Counted from the first letter of the stretch, positions 51,729 through 60,895 are shown. The stretch: DNA of 64,000 bases from an uncultured Thermoplasmatales archaeon (GCA_964505085.1 CAZDGP010000001.1:20581-84580); one strand, 5' to 3'. Notes: a model not told the origin generated them from the sequence alone. Numbers and translations: made by a program.

Positions 51729-53909
51729 ATGGTCCCCACGGCGAGGTCCGCACGGGTGGCTACGATGGTCGTCCTGGTCCTCACCCTCCTCGCGGCGGGT
51801 GTGCCGGGGCCCACGGCCACCGCCTCCAGCCACCGCGTGGACTACGCCGTGGAGCTCGCGTACCACGTGCACGACGTGGACCCCGCCAACGGCACGGTGA
51901 CCGTCACCCTCACGATCCTGGATCCCGACGAGCACCTGCGGTCCTTCGAGTTCCTCACCGCCACCGCCCCCTACCCTGCGTCGAACTTCACGGCCACCGG
52001 TGGTACCGTCACGGAGACCGAGGCAGGTATCGAGCTCACCCTCGAGGAGCCCGAGGTCCGGCTCACGTACGACGTGGAGGTGAACAGGCGCGGCGTCCAG
52101 GCAGCGGACGCGCGCCAGGGCTCGGGGGACGCCTACCACAGCTACCTCGCGAGCACCTGGGGCGTCCTGAAGGCCGAGGCCTTCGGGTTGGGCTTCAACG
52201 TGGTGCACAACGACCGCGTGGACCCCGTGTGGGACGGGAGCCTCAGCTTCAGTCCCCCGGACGGGTGGCGCGTCGAGGGTCCCTGGCTCCGCATGGACGG
52301 CGCGTACCAGCTCCCCCGGGACGAACCGCTCCCGAAGGGCTTCGTGGCCCTGGGGAACTTCACCACGCAGACGAGCGAGGCCCACGGCCGCACCTACCGG
52401 TACGCCAAGCTCGGTGACGCCCCCGCCTACGAGGTGGACCTCCTCCCGTACATGGAGGCGTCCACCCCGTACCTCGCCACCGTGTACGGCAACCACACGG
52501 GTCCCGTGGCCATGGTCGTGAGCGCGCCGGACCCCATGTTCCGCGGGGGCCTTGGCGGGTGGAACAGCCTCTACGTGCACGACGAGAGCAGCCTCAAGAC
52601 CCTGGCCCACGAGCACGCTCACGTGTGGCAGGGGTACCGCGCCAAGAAGGTGGTGGGGGACTCCAGCCTCTGGATCATCGAGGGGGACGCGGACTACCAC
52701 GGTCCCCTGAGCCTCCTGGCGGCGGAGTTCTGGAGCCCCCGGGAGACGGAGGAGCACTTCGAGAACGTGGAATCGCGCGGTCGGGAGAAGGGCCACGTGG
52801 AGGTGCCCCTGACGGACGCCGTGTACGGCAACGAGCACGAGCGCGTGGCCTACGTGAAGGGCGCGCTGGTGATGCACGCGCTGGATGGCCTCATGCGCGA
52901 CGCGAGCGACGGACGCGTAGGTGTCGCGGACCTCGTGCGCACGCTCAACGCGGAGATGAGCCCGGCCAACCCCGACTACCAGGACCTCGTGGAGAAGCGC
53001 GTGACGAACGCCCGCATCCTCGACACCGTGGAGGCGCTCGTGAACCCCGGCAACGCCTCCGGGATCCGGAGCACCCTGGGTAGCTACATCAACACGAGCA
53101 ACGCCCCCACGTGGACGGGGCTCGACACGTCCGCGGGGCTCAGCCTCGTGGACCTCACCCTCGACCCGGCCGCGAGCCTCCCGGGCCAGGTGACCACAGC
53201 CCACGTCACCGTGCGGAACACCGGCGCCACCACCGCCACCCGCACCCTGGAGCTCCTGCTCAACGGCACCGTGGCCACCACGCGGGACGTCACGCTGGAC
53301 CCGGGACGCACCGAGGAGGTCCTCTTGGTGTTGCCGGACCGCGACCCCGGGACCTACCCCGTGCGCGTGGCGTACCTCACGACCACGTACCACGTGCTCC
53401 AGCCCGCCCACCTCACCCTCGATGGGGTGTCCCTCGTCCCCGCGTCCCCCCATACCGGGTCCACAGCCGAGGTCCTCGTGGACGTGTCGAACGTGGGGGA
53501 GGCCCCCGGGAACGTTACGGTCCACGTGAGCGTGGACGGGAACGCCACCACGCCCCAGACGTTCCCCGTGGCCGGCGGCCTCACCCGCACCCTGGCCGTG
53601 GCCTTCCCCGTCCCCGACACCGCGGGCACCTACGAGGTCACGGTGCAGGTCACGAGCCCGCACGTGCCCGGCGAGGACCTGGGGTCCACCACGCTGTCCC
53701 TCGAACCGGTGGGGGACCGCGACGGTGACGGCGTCTACGATGACGAGGACGATTTCCCCGACGACCCGCGCCTCACCAAGAGCACGCCCGTGAGCGACAT
53801 CGTGCACCAGCTCCCCGTGCCCGGGCCTGGTGTGGCGCTCACGCTGGGGGTCCTTCTGGGTCTCGCCCTCGTCACCAGCAGCCTCAGTCGTCGAGGTCCG
53901 CGACGCTGA
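51729..53909 (+). CDS. Secreted gluzincin (M1/MA-clan-like HExxH...E) with CARDB-like repeats and a C-terminal membrane anchor
   Basis: Signal-like MVPTARSARVATMVVLVLTLLAAG. LAHEHAHVWQG...WIIEGDADY. Two repeats of the type VTVRNTGATTATRTLELLLNG / VDVSNVGEAPGNVTVHVSVDG. DRDGDGVYDDEDD. Tail LPVPGPGVALTLGVLLGLALVTSSLSRRGPRR. Confidence 0.75.
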   Translation: MVPTARSARVATMVVLVLTLLAAGVPGPTATASSHRVDYAVELAYHVHDVDPANGTVTVTLTILDPDEHLRSFEFLTATAPYPASNFTATGGTVTETEAGIELTLEEPEVRLTYDVEVNRRGVQAADARQGSGDAYHSYLASTWGVLKAEAFGLGFNVVHNDRVDPVWDGSLSFSPPDGWRVEGPWLRMDGAYQLPRDEPLPKGFVALGNFTTQTSEAHGRTYRYAKLGDAPAYEVDLLPYMEASTPYLATVYGNHTGPVAMVVSAPDPMFRGGLGGWNSLYVHDESSLKTLAHEHAHVWQGYRAKKVVGDSSLWIIEGDADYHGPLSLLAAEFWSPRETEEHFENVESRGREKGHVEVPLTDAVYGNEHERVAYVKGALVMHALDGLMRDASDGRVGVADLVRTLNAEMSPANPDYQDLVEKRVTNARILDTVEALVNPGNASGIRSTLGSYINTSNAPTWTGLDTSAGLSLVDLTLDPAASLPGQVTTAHVTVRNTGATTATRTLELLLNGTVATTRDVTLDPGRTEEVLLVLPDRDPGTYPVRVAYLTTTYHVLQPAHLTLDGVSLVPASPHTGSTAEVLVDVSNVGEAPGNVTVHVSVDGNATTPQTFPVAGGLTRTLAVAFPVPDTAGTYEVTVQVTSPHVPGEDLGSTTLSLEPVGDRDGDGVYDDEDDFPDDPRLTKSTPVSDIVHQLPVPGPGVALTLGVLLGLALVTSSLSRRGPRR

Positions 53910-54762
53910 GCTCCCGGAGGGCCCGGAGGAGGCTCGGTGCCACGCTCACGTGGGCCACGGGGCTCGGGAGGCTGTCGGTGGCAAGCACCGTATCGCAGCC
54001 CGCGGCCCGGAGGTTCTCCAGGGCGTCCCCCACGAAGAGCCCGTGGCTGGCAGCAGCCAGGATGCGCCTGGCACCCTGCTCCCGCAGCGCCTCCACGGCC
54101 CGGGCCATGGTGCCGCCGGTGCTGATGATGTCGTCGAGGAGCAGCACCACCTCATCCTCCACGTCCAGGTCCTTCGGCTCCATCCGCACCTCGGTGTCGC
54201 TCAACCGCGTCTTCTCCAGGTGGTCCGACGCCGCACCCAGGAGATCCGCCGCCTCGCGAGCGGTAGCGAGCGCCCCGGCATCCGGCGCCAGGACCACGCC
54301 GACGCCCTCATCCTCCACGTGCTGGGCGATCTCGGGTACCGCCGTGGCCGCCGCCGTCTCCACAGGCACCTGGTCGAGCACGTGGTCCTCGTGGGGGTCC
54401 ACCGTCACCAAGGCATCCACGTCGAGGGTGAGGGCACGACCCACAACCTCGGCGCTCAGAGCCTCCCCGGGTTGGAAGACGCGATCCTGCCGGGCGTATG
54501 GGAGGTACGGGGCGGCGAGCACCACCGCCTCAGGGTCCCCCCGTGCCACGGCGTCGGCGAGGAGCATGCTCTCCACGATGTTCCCGTCGGGGACCGGTGT
54601 CTGCACGATGACCACCACCTCCCCCTCGAGAGGTGAGTCCACGCGCGCGTACGCTTCCCCGTCGGGGAACCGGTCCACCTCCACCTGGCCCAGGGTCGCG
54701 CCCGCGGTCTTCGCCAGGGCCTCAGCCACGGACTTCCCACCGGAGCCGCCGATGACGAGCAT
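53884..54762 (-). CDS. prs: Ribose-phosphate pyrophosphokinase
   Basis: RFPDGEAYARV, LLLDDIISTGGTM. Confidence 0.9.
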   Translation of the reverse strand: MLVIGGSGGKSVAEALAKTAGATLGQVEVDRFPDGEAYARVDSPLEGEVVVIVQTPVPDGNIVESMLLADAVARGDPEAVVLAAPYLPYARQDRVFQPGEALSAEVVGRALTLDVDALVTVDPHEDHVLDQVPVETAAATAVPEIAQHVEDEGVGVVLAPDAGALATAREAADLLGAASDHLEKTRLSDTEVRMEPKDLDVEDEVVLLLDDIISTGGTMARAVEALREQGARRILAAASHGLFVGDALENLRAAGCDTVLATDSLPSPVAHVSVAPSLLRALRELSVADLDD

Positions 54763-54791
54763 GGGATCGGCGGGAGAGCCTCGTGCCCGCG

Positions 54792-54797
54792 TAAATA
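54792..54797 (-). promoter_or_regulatory. TATA-like TATTTA for prs
   Basis: 35 nt upstream of ATG 54762. Confidence 0.4.
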
Positions 54798-54907
54798 GGT
54801 TCCCTACGACCTACCACCCCCCGCACCTCCCGCGCGCCATCACCGCAACGCCTAAGTACCGTTCGTGAGGTCGACCACCCAGGACCATCCCCCCGTGGCC
54901 TGAACGC

Positions 54908-54922
54908 GAACGCTTATAATCC
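54908..54922 (+). promoter_or_regulatory. BRE/TATA-like GAACGCTTATAATCC upstream of lonB
   Basis: Best TATA in the 247-nt spacer. Implies a 5' leader of about 70 nt for lonB. Confidence 0.45.
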
Positions 54923-55009
54923 TTCACAGCAACAAGGAACCACCGGCGGGACCGGGCCCAACCACGCGAGCCACCCCGGGGGTTCCAACCTCCCGTACCG
55001 TACCACCAC

Positions 55010-56983
55010 GTGACGATCATGACGGATCTTCCACCTGTCGAGGAATGGATCGAGGACGAGGACTTCGAGACCACCGCGGAGGTCGAGGTCCCAGACCGCC
55101 TCATCGACCAGGTCATCGGCCAGGAGAAGGCCGTCGAGGTCGTGAAGAAGGCGGCGGAGCAGAAACGCCACGTGATGATGATCGGCGACCCCGGCACGGG
55201 GAAGTCGATGCTTGCGCAGTCCATGACGGAGCTCCTCCCCAACGAGGAGCTCGAGGACATCATCGCGTACCCCAACCAGGAGGACAACCACGAGCCCCGC
55301 GTCCGCGTGGTGCCCGCTGGCAAGGGCAAGGAGATCGTGCAAGCGCAGAAGGCCGAGGCCAACCGGAAGCAGGAGCGCAAGGCCACCCTGCAGCTCCTCC
55401 TCATGCTCGGCATCGGCGCCTTCGCCGTGATGTTCTTCATCAAGACCGGCGACGCCATGATCCTCATCTTCGGCATCATCGCCGCCGCCATGCTCTTCAT
55501 GGTGATGCGGCAGATGGGTCAGCGCGAGACCACGCTGGTCCCGAAGCTCCTCGTGAGCCACGACCCCCGGGACAAACCCCCCTTCGTGGACGCCACCGGC
55601 GCCCACGCCGGCGCGCTCCTGGGTGACGTGCGCCACGACCCCTTCCAGAGCGGTGGCCTCGAGACCCCCGCCCACGAGCGCGTCGAGGCCGGAAGCATCC
55701 ACAAGGCCCACCGCGGCGTGCTCTTCATCGACGAGATCAAGGTGCTGCGTCAGGACAGCCAACAGCAGCTCCTCACCGCGCTCCAGGAGAAGACGTTCAA
55801 CATCGTGGGGCAGTCGGAGCGCTCCAGCGGCGCCATGGTGCGCACGGAGCCCGTGCCCTGCAACTTCGTCCTCGTGGCCGCCGGGAACCTCGACAGCATC
55901 AGCGGTCAGCACGACAACCCCTTCGACCAGGGCATGCACCCCGCGCTCCGCAGCCGCATCCGCGGTTACGGGTACGAGGTGTACATGAACAACAGCATGG
56001 ACGACACGCTGGATAACCGGCGCAAGCTCGTGCGCTTCGTGGCCCAGGAGGTCAACAAGGATACGAAGATCCCCCACTTCGACCGGGGCGCCGTCGTGGA
56101 GCTCATCCGCGAGGCGCAACGCCGCAGCGGCCGCCGCGGCAAGCTCACGCTTCGCCTGCGGGAGCTCGGAGGCCTCATCCGCACCGCCGGCGACGTCGCC
56201 ATCGAGGACGGTGCCAGCTTCGTCACGCAGGAGCACGTGCTGGAGGCGAAGAAGATCGCCCGGAGCCTCGAGCAGCAGGTGGCCGACGAGGCCATCGCGA
56301 AGCGGAAGGACTACCAGAGCTTCCGCACCACCGGCCGCGCCATCGGCCGCGTCAACGGCATGGCCGTCATGGGCCGCAGCGACGAGACCGGTGAACCCAG
56401 CGGCATCCTCCTCCCCCTGGAGGCCGAGGTGACCCCCGCACAATCCCGCAGCGAGGGCCGCATCATCGCCACGGGGAAGCTCGGGGACATCGCGAAGGAG
56501 GCGGTGCAGAACGTGAGCGCCCCCGTGAAGAAGTACACGGGCACGGACATCTCGAACTACGACATCCACGTGCAGTTCCTCCAAACCTACGAGGGCGTGG
56601 AGGGCGACAGCGCCAGCATCAGCGTCGCCACCGCCGTCATCAGCGCCCTCGAGGACGTGGAGGTGGACCAGTCCGTCTCCATGACCGGCAGCCTCAGCAT
56701 CCGGGGCAAGGTGCTGCCCGTGGGCGGCGTCACCCCCAAGATCGAGGCCGCGGCCAAGGAGGGCATCCGCAAGGTGCTCATCCCCAAGTCCAACGTGCAG
56801 GACGTGCTCCTGGAGGACGAGTACCGGGACAAGATCGAGGTGGTGCCGGTGGAGACCCTCGACCAGGTCCTCGACCACGCCCTCGTGGGCCCGAAGAAGG
56901 AGGGGCTCCTCAAGAAGCTCGCCAAGATCGTGGCCAACACGAACCCTGGACCCCAACCCGGCGACCAACCCACGCCCGGGTGA
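55010..56983 (+). CDS. lonB: Archaeal membrane-bound Lon protease (LonB)
   Basis: MIGDPGTGKSMLA. Two TM helices inserted in the AAA+ module (LMLGIGAFAVMFFI / LIFGIIAAAMLFMV). Protease domain GDSASISVATAVISAL ... KIEAAAKEG. GTG 55010, ATG 55019. Confidence 0.92.
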   Translation: MTIMTDLPPVEEWIEDEDFETTAEVEVPDRLIDQVIGQEKAVEVVKKAAEQKRHVMMIGDPGTGKSMLAQSMTELLPNEELEDIIAYPNQEDNHEPRVRVVPAGKGKEIVQAQKAEANRKQERKATLQLLLMLGIGAFAVMFFIKTGDAMILIFGIIAAAMLFMVMRQMGQRETTLVPKLLVSHDPRDKPPFVDATGAHAGALLGDVRHDPFQSGGLETPAHERVEAGSIHKAHRGVLFIDEIKVLRQDSQQQLLTALQEKTFNIVGQSERSSGAMVRTEPVPCNFVLVAAGNLDSISGQHDNPFDQGMHPALRSRIRGYGYEVYMNNSMDDTLDNRRKLVRFVAQEVNKDTKIPHFDRGAVVELIREAQRRSGRRGKLTLRLRELGGLIRTAGDVAIEDGASFVTQEHVLEAKKIARSLEQQVADEAIAKRKDYQSFRTTGRAIGRVNGMAVMGRSDETGEPSGILLPLEAEVTPAQSRSEGRIIATGKLGDIAKEAVQNVSAPVKKYTGTDISNYDIHVQFLQTYEGVEGDSASISVATAVISALEDVEVDQSVSMTGSLSIRGKVLPVGGVTPKIEAAAKEGIRKVLIPKSNVQDVLLEDEYRDKIEVVPVETLDQVLDHALVGPKKEGLLKKLAKIVANTNPGPQPGDQPTPG

Positions 56984-57016
56984 CCTCCACCCCCCTCTTC
57001 CTCCTCTTCCTCCCCC
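56984..57016 (+). terminator. Near-pure pyrimidine tract (cctccacccccctcttcctcctcttcctccccc) immediately after the lonB stop
   Basis: 33 nt containing a single purine, on the coding strand. Confidence 0.4.
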
Positions 57017-57091
57017 ATGCAAGGCCCGCCAGCGTAGCGAGCCCCCCACGCGCTCGATACGGGGACGCACCCGGTCCCAGCTTCCGATGGG

Positions 57092-57099
57092 TATGTAAG
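57092..57099 (+). promoter_or_regulatory. TATA-like TATGTAAG, 30 nt upstream of ATG 57122
   Basis: Leaderless geometry, as at the other first genes. Confidence 0.45.
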
Positions 57100-57121
57100 C
57101 CCCCAGGCATCTCCTGCACCC

Positions 57122-57658
57122 ATGGCACGCGGTCTCGTCGTGGGACGGTTCCAGCCCTTCCACCGGGGGCACCTCGAGGTGGTGCAGGACGTGGCGCAGG
57201 GCTTCGACGCGCTCATCCTGGGCATCGGGTCCAGCCAGGAGAGCCACACCCGTGAGAACCCCTTCACCGCCGGAGAGCGTTACCTCATGATCCGGCGCGC
57301 CCTCCGGGATGCCGGCGTGGGGAACGTGGAGATCATCCCCATCCCGGACCTCCACCGGAACGCCCTCTGGGTCCGCCACGTGGAGACCCTCGTACCCCCC
57401 TTCGACGTCTTCTTCACGAACAACGGTCTCCCCAAGCGCCTCTTCGAGGAGGCCGGGTACCAGGTGCGACCCCTACCCTTCCACGAGCGGGACCGCTTCA
57501 GCGGCACCCGCATCCGGCGCCTCCTCCGGGAGGGCGGGGACTGGGAACCTCTCGTACCGAAGGCGGTGGCTCGCACCATCAAGCAGGTGGACGGCCCCGC
57601 CAGGCTGCAGGATGTGGAAACCACCGACGCACCCGAGGACGCCGCGGGAGGATCGTGA
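57122..57658 (+). CDS. Nicotinamide-nucleotide adenylyltransferase (archaeal type)
   Basis: GLVVGRFQPFHRGHLEVV (HxGH) and SGTRIRRL; 178 aa. Confidence 0.88.
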   Translation: MARGLVVGRFQPFHRGHLEVVQDVAQGFDALILGIGSSQESHTRENPFTAGERYLMIRRALRDAGVGNVEIIPIPDLHRNALWVRHVETLVPPFDVFFTNNGLPKRLFEEAGYQVRPLPFHERDRFSGTRIRRLLREGGDWEPLVPKAVARTIKQVDGPARLQDVETTDAPEDAAGGS

Positions 57659-58684
57659 GTGCTCACCGTGGACGGGTCCCGGGGGGAGGGCGGGGGTCAG
57701 GTGCTCCGCCTCAGCCTCGCGCTCAGCGCCGCCACGGGGGAGCCCGTGAGGGTGCGGAACATCCGGGGGAAGCGCCCCCAACCCGGGCTCAAGCCCCAGC
57801 ACCTCACCGGCGTCACCGCCCTTGCAGCCCTCTGCGATGCCACCGTGAACGGGGCGAGCCCGGGAAGCCGCGAGGTCACCTTCGACCCCGAGGAGATGCG
57901 CGGTGGAAGCTACCGCTTCGACGTGGGCACCGCCGGGAGCGTCACCCTCCTCCTCCAGGGCCTCCTACCAGCCTGCGCCGCCAGCGGGAAGCGCTTCACG
58001 TTCCAACTGAAGGGGGGCACCGACGTCAAGTGGAGCCCGCCCTGGGACTACCTCGCGGGGGTGCACGCACCGCTCCTTGCACGCTTCGGCGTGGACGTCA
58101 GAGCCCGCCTCAAGAAGCGCGGGTACTACCCCGAGGGGGGCGGCCGCGTGGAGGTGGAGGTGAGCGGTGCCGGGTTCCATGGCGCGGACCTCGCGGATCG
58201 GGGCGCCCCCAAGGAGGTGCTGGTGCGAAGCCACGCCGCCCACCTCCCGGAGCGTATCCCCCGGGAGATGGCTCGAGCATGCTCCGGCATGCTCGACGGC
58301 TCGCTGGATGCGTACGTCGCCACCACCGTGGACACGAGCCACGAGGGCCCCAGCACCGGCACCGGGGTGAACGCCGTGCTGCGCACGGAGAACAGCCTCC
58401 TGGCAGGGAACGCCCTGGGGGAGAAGGGGACGCCGGCGACGGAGGTGGGGGAGGACGCCGCCCGTGCGCTCCTGAGGGAGGTGGAGGCCGGCGGGGCCCT
58501 GGACCACCACCAGGCGGACCAACTCGTGCCCTACCTGGCCCTCGAGGGCGGGTCCTTCACCACGCGCACCCTCGAGGGTCACGCGTCGACGGAGCTCGAG
58601 CTCGTGGAGGAGTGGCTCGACGTCGAGGTCACCACGCGCCCCATGGAGGAGGGGCGCGGCGTCCACGTCACGGTGGACCCGTGA
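57659..58684 (+). CDS. rtcA: RNA 3'-terminal phosphate cyclase
   Basis: VDGSRGEGGGQVLRLSLALSAATGEPVRVRNIRGKRPQPGL; histidine region LDHHQADQLVPYLAL. GTG start directly after the upstream stop. Confidence 0.9.
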   Translation: MLTVDGSRGEGGGQVLRLSLALSAATGEPVRVRNIRGKRPQPGLKPQHLTGVTALAALCDATVNGASPGSREVTFDPEEMRGGSYRFDVGTAGSVTLLLQGLLPACAASGKRFTFQLKGGTDVKWSPPWDYLAGVHAPLLARFGVDVRARLKKRGYYPEGGGRVEVEVSGAGFHGADLADRGAPKEVLVRSHAAHLPERIPREMARACSGMLDGSLDAYVATTVDTSHEGPSTGTGVNAVLRTENSLLAGNALGEKGTPATEVGEDAARALLREVEAGGALDHHQADQLVPYLALEGGSFTTRTLEGHASTELELVEEWLDVEVTTRPMEEGRGVHVTVDP

Positions 58685-59660
58685 CCGGGTCCCCCGCCGG
58701 GTCCTCGGCGCTGCGAAGCCTCAGGGGCCGCACGCCCTCGGGGTCCACCTCGGCCACACGGGGCTCCCCGAAGGCATCCCACGTATCCACGATGGCGTCG
58801 GCGTCCCCCGTGGCGAAGAGGGTGTTCCCCAGCATGGCCATGGTGGCGGCGCCGTGGTCGGCCACGGCCTCCGCCGCCTTCCGCAGCTCCTCGGTCATGA
58901 GGCCGGTGGCGGTGGCGAAGCGCTGGCTCAACCGGTAGAACCGCTCCACGCTGGGGCCCTCCAGGAGCGCGTCCACCGCCTGTCCGCCGTGCTCGTTGAT
59001 GATGCGCCTGCGCTCGGGGTCCCGAAGGACCTCCGCGGTGGAGAGCTCGCCGCCCATGGGCAGCAGCACCACCTGCCCCCCACCCACGAGCCGGCGCACG
59101 CTCCCGTAGGGTGGAAGTCCTGGCGCGGTGCGGACCTCGATGCCTCCGGTGATCTGCGCGGCGACGTCCCCCAGCCCGGTGGCGTGCTCCACCTCCGCCA
59201 GGTGTGCAGCCTGCACGGCCGTGGTGCGGCCCACACCCACCAGGCGGGCGGTGGCGAGAGCCGCCGACAGGGCCCCGGCACCGCTCATGCCGAACCCCTG
59301 GCCCGTGGGGAGCGCATGCTCCGTGGTGACGCGTAGGGTGAGGCCCACGCGGTCACCGGGCTCCCGGTCCGTGTCCACAGGCACCTTCCCCTCGAGGGCT
59401 GCCTCCCGAAGCACGTAGGCTACGGCGGTGCGCGTCACGGGCGCCTCCGCCACCTCGTCGTCGAGCACCACCTCCAGGTGGAACCCCTCGCTTGCCTCCC
59501 CCTCCACCACGGCGGTGGAGCCCAGGTCGAGGCACACGCCGGCGCCCCGGCTTCCACGGCGTAGCGCGTCATCGTACCCGTCGCGGATCTCGAAGAACCC
59601 CGTGACGTGACCCGGGCAGTAGGCGGCCTCGCGTCCCCCCGAGAACCCGGTCAAGCTCAT
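58668..59660 (-). CDS. Archaeal pantoate kinase (GHMP family)
   Basis: 330-aa tail of the track ORF. YCPGHVTGFFEI, LPTGQGFGMSGAGALSAALA. ATGA overlap with the coaBC stop. Confidence 0.75.
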   Translation of the reverse strand: MSLTGFSGGREAAYCPGHVTGFFEIRDGYDDALRRGSRGAGVCLDLGSTAVVEGEASEGFHLEVVLDDEVAEAPVTRTAVAYVLREAALEGKVPVDTDREPGDRVGLTLRVTTEHALPTGQGFGMSGAGALSAALATARLVGVGRTTAVQAAHLAEVEHATGLGDVAAQITGGIEVRTAPGLPPYGSVRRLVGGGQVVLLPMGGELSTAEVLRDPERRRIINEHGGQAVDALLEGPSVERFYRLSQRFATATGLMTEELRKAAEAVADHGAATMAMLGNTLFATGDADAIVDTWDAFGEPRVAEVDPEGVRPLRLRSAEDPAGDPVTGPP

Positions 59661-60895
59661 GCGCCTCCGCCAAGGACCCCCGCCAGGCGCTCGAGCACCC
59701 GGGCGGACACCTCGTTCTTGGAGCCCTCCAGGACCTCGTGGTCCCCCTCCGTCACCACCACGACCCGGGTGCGGTCCACCTCCACCTCCTCGAGGTCGTT
59801 GGCCACCACGAGGGGGGCGTCGGTCTCCCGGATGCTGCGGCGTGCACGCTCCAGGAGCTCCTTCTCCGTCACGCCGGACTCGGCCTTGAAGGGGATGAGC
59901 GCGCCGTCGTAGGTCTTCCGCCAGGCCTTCACCACCTTGGGCAGGGGCTCGAGCTCCAGGGAGAGCTTCCCGTCGCGGCTGGGGATCTTCCCCTCGCTCT
60001 TGGGCGGTGCGTAGTCGCTGATGGCGGCGGGGACGAGCACCGCATCGTACCCGTCCAGGTCCCCCGCGCGGTCCAGGAGGTCCTCCACGGTGACGAAGCG
60101 CTCCAGGGGCACGTGGGAGGGAAGGTCGTTCACGTGGCCGTGGCCGAACCAGAGGGTGACGTCGGCGCCCAGGCGGTGCGCCTCCTCCGCCAACGCCACG
60201 CCCATGCGCCCGGTGGACTTGTTCGTGATGACACGCATCTCGTCCAGGTCCTCGATGGTGCTCCCGGTCACCACGAGCAACCGTCTCCCCGCCAGGGGGC
60301 TCTCGCTCAGGAGCCGCAGGCACCAGGCCACGATCTCGTCCACCGGAGGAAGCTTCGCCTTCCCCTCCTCCATGGTGGGGTCCAGCACCGTGACGCCGGC
60401 CTCCCGCACGCGCTCGAGGTTCTCCAGGAGGAAGGGGTTCTCGTACATGCTCTCGTGCATGGCGGGCACGATGAGGGTGGGGAGGGTGGTGAGGCCCGAG
60501 GAGGCGAAGGTGGTGACGGGGGTGTCGTCGATGCCCAATGCGATCTTGCTCAGGGTGTTCCCAGTGCAGGGTGCGATGAGGAGGAGGTCCGCACGATCGC
60601 CCTCGTCCTTCCCATCGGGGACGCTACCGACCTCGGTGACGTGCTCGGTGGCGCCTGTGAGGCTCGTCACCGGTTCGATGCCCGTGGCGAACTCCAGGGC
60701 ATCAGGGTGGATGAGGCGGGTTGCTGCCTCGCTCATGACGGGAACCACCGTGGCGCCGTGGCGCACGAGCTCCCGCGCCAGCTCCACGGTCTTCACGGCG
60801 GCGATGCTCCCGGTGACGCCCAGGACGATGCGGCGACCCTCCAGGATCTTCGATCGATCCCCGCGGATGGCCTCGCTGGGATGCATACATGGCAC
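59657..60895 (-). CDS. coaBC: Bifunctional phosphopantothenoylcysteine decarboxylase / phosphopantothenate-cysteine ligase
   Basis: RIVLGVTGSIAAVKTVEL (flavoprotein half) plus the CoaB half with ITNKSTGRMG. GTG 60895 or ATG 60886. Confidence 0.9.
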   Translation of the reverse strand: MPCMHPSEAIRGDRSKILEGRRIVLGVTGSIAAVKTVELARELVRHGATVVPVMSEAATRLIHPDALEFATGIEPVTSLTGATEHVTEVGSVPDGKDEGDRADLLLIAPCTGNTLSKIALGIDDTPVTTFASSGLTTLPTLIVPAMHESMYENPFLLENLERVREAGVTVLDPTMEEGKAKLPPVDEIVAWCLRLLSESPLAGRRLLVVTGSTIEDLDEMRVITNKSTGRMGVALAEEAHRLGADVTLWFGHGHVNDLPSHVPLERFVTVEDLLDRAGDLDGYDAVLVPAAISDYAPPKSEGKIPSRDGKLSLELEPLPKVVKAWRKTYDGALIPFKAESGVTEKELLERARRSIRETDAPLVVANDLEEVEVDRTRVVVVTEGDHEVLEGSKNEVSARVLERLAGVLGGGA

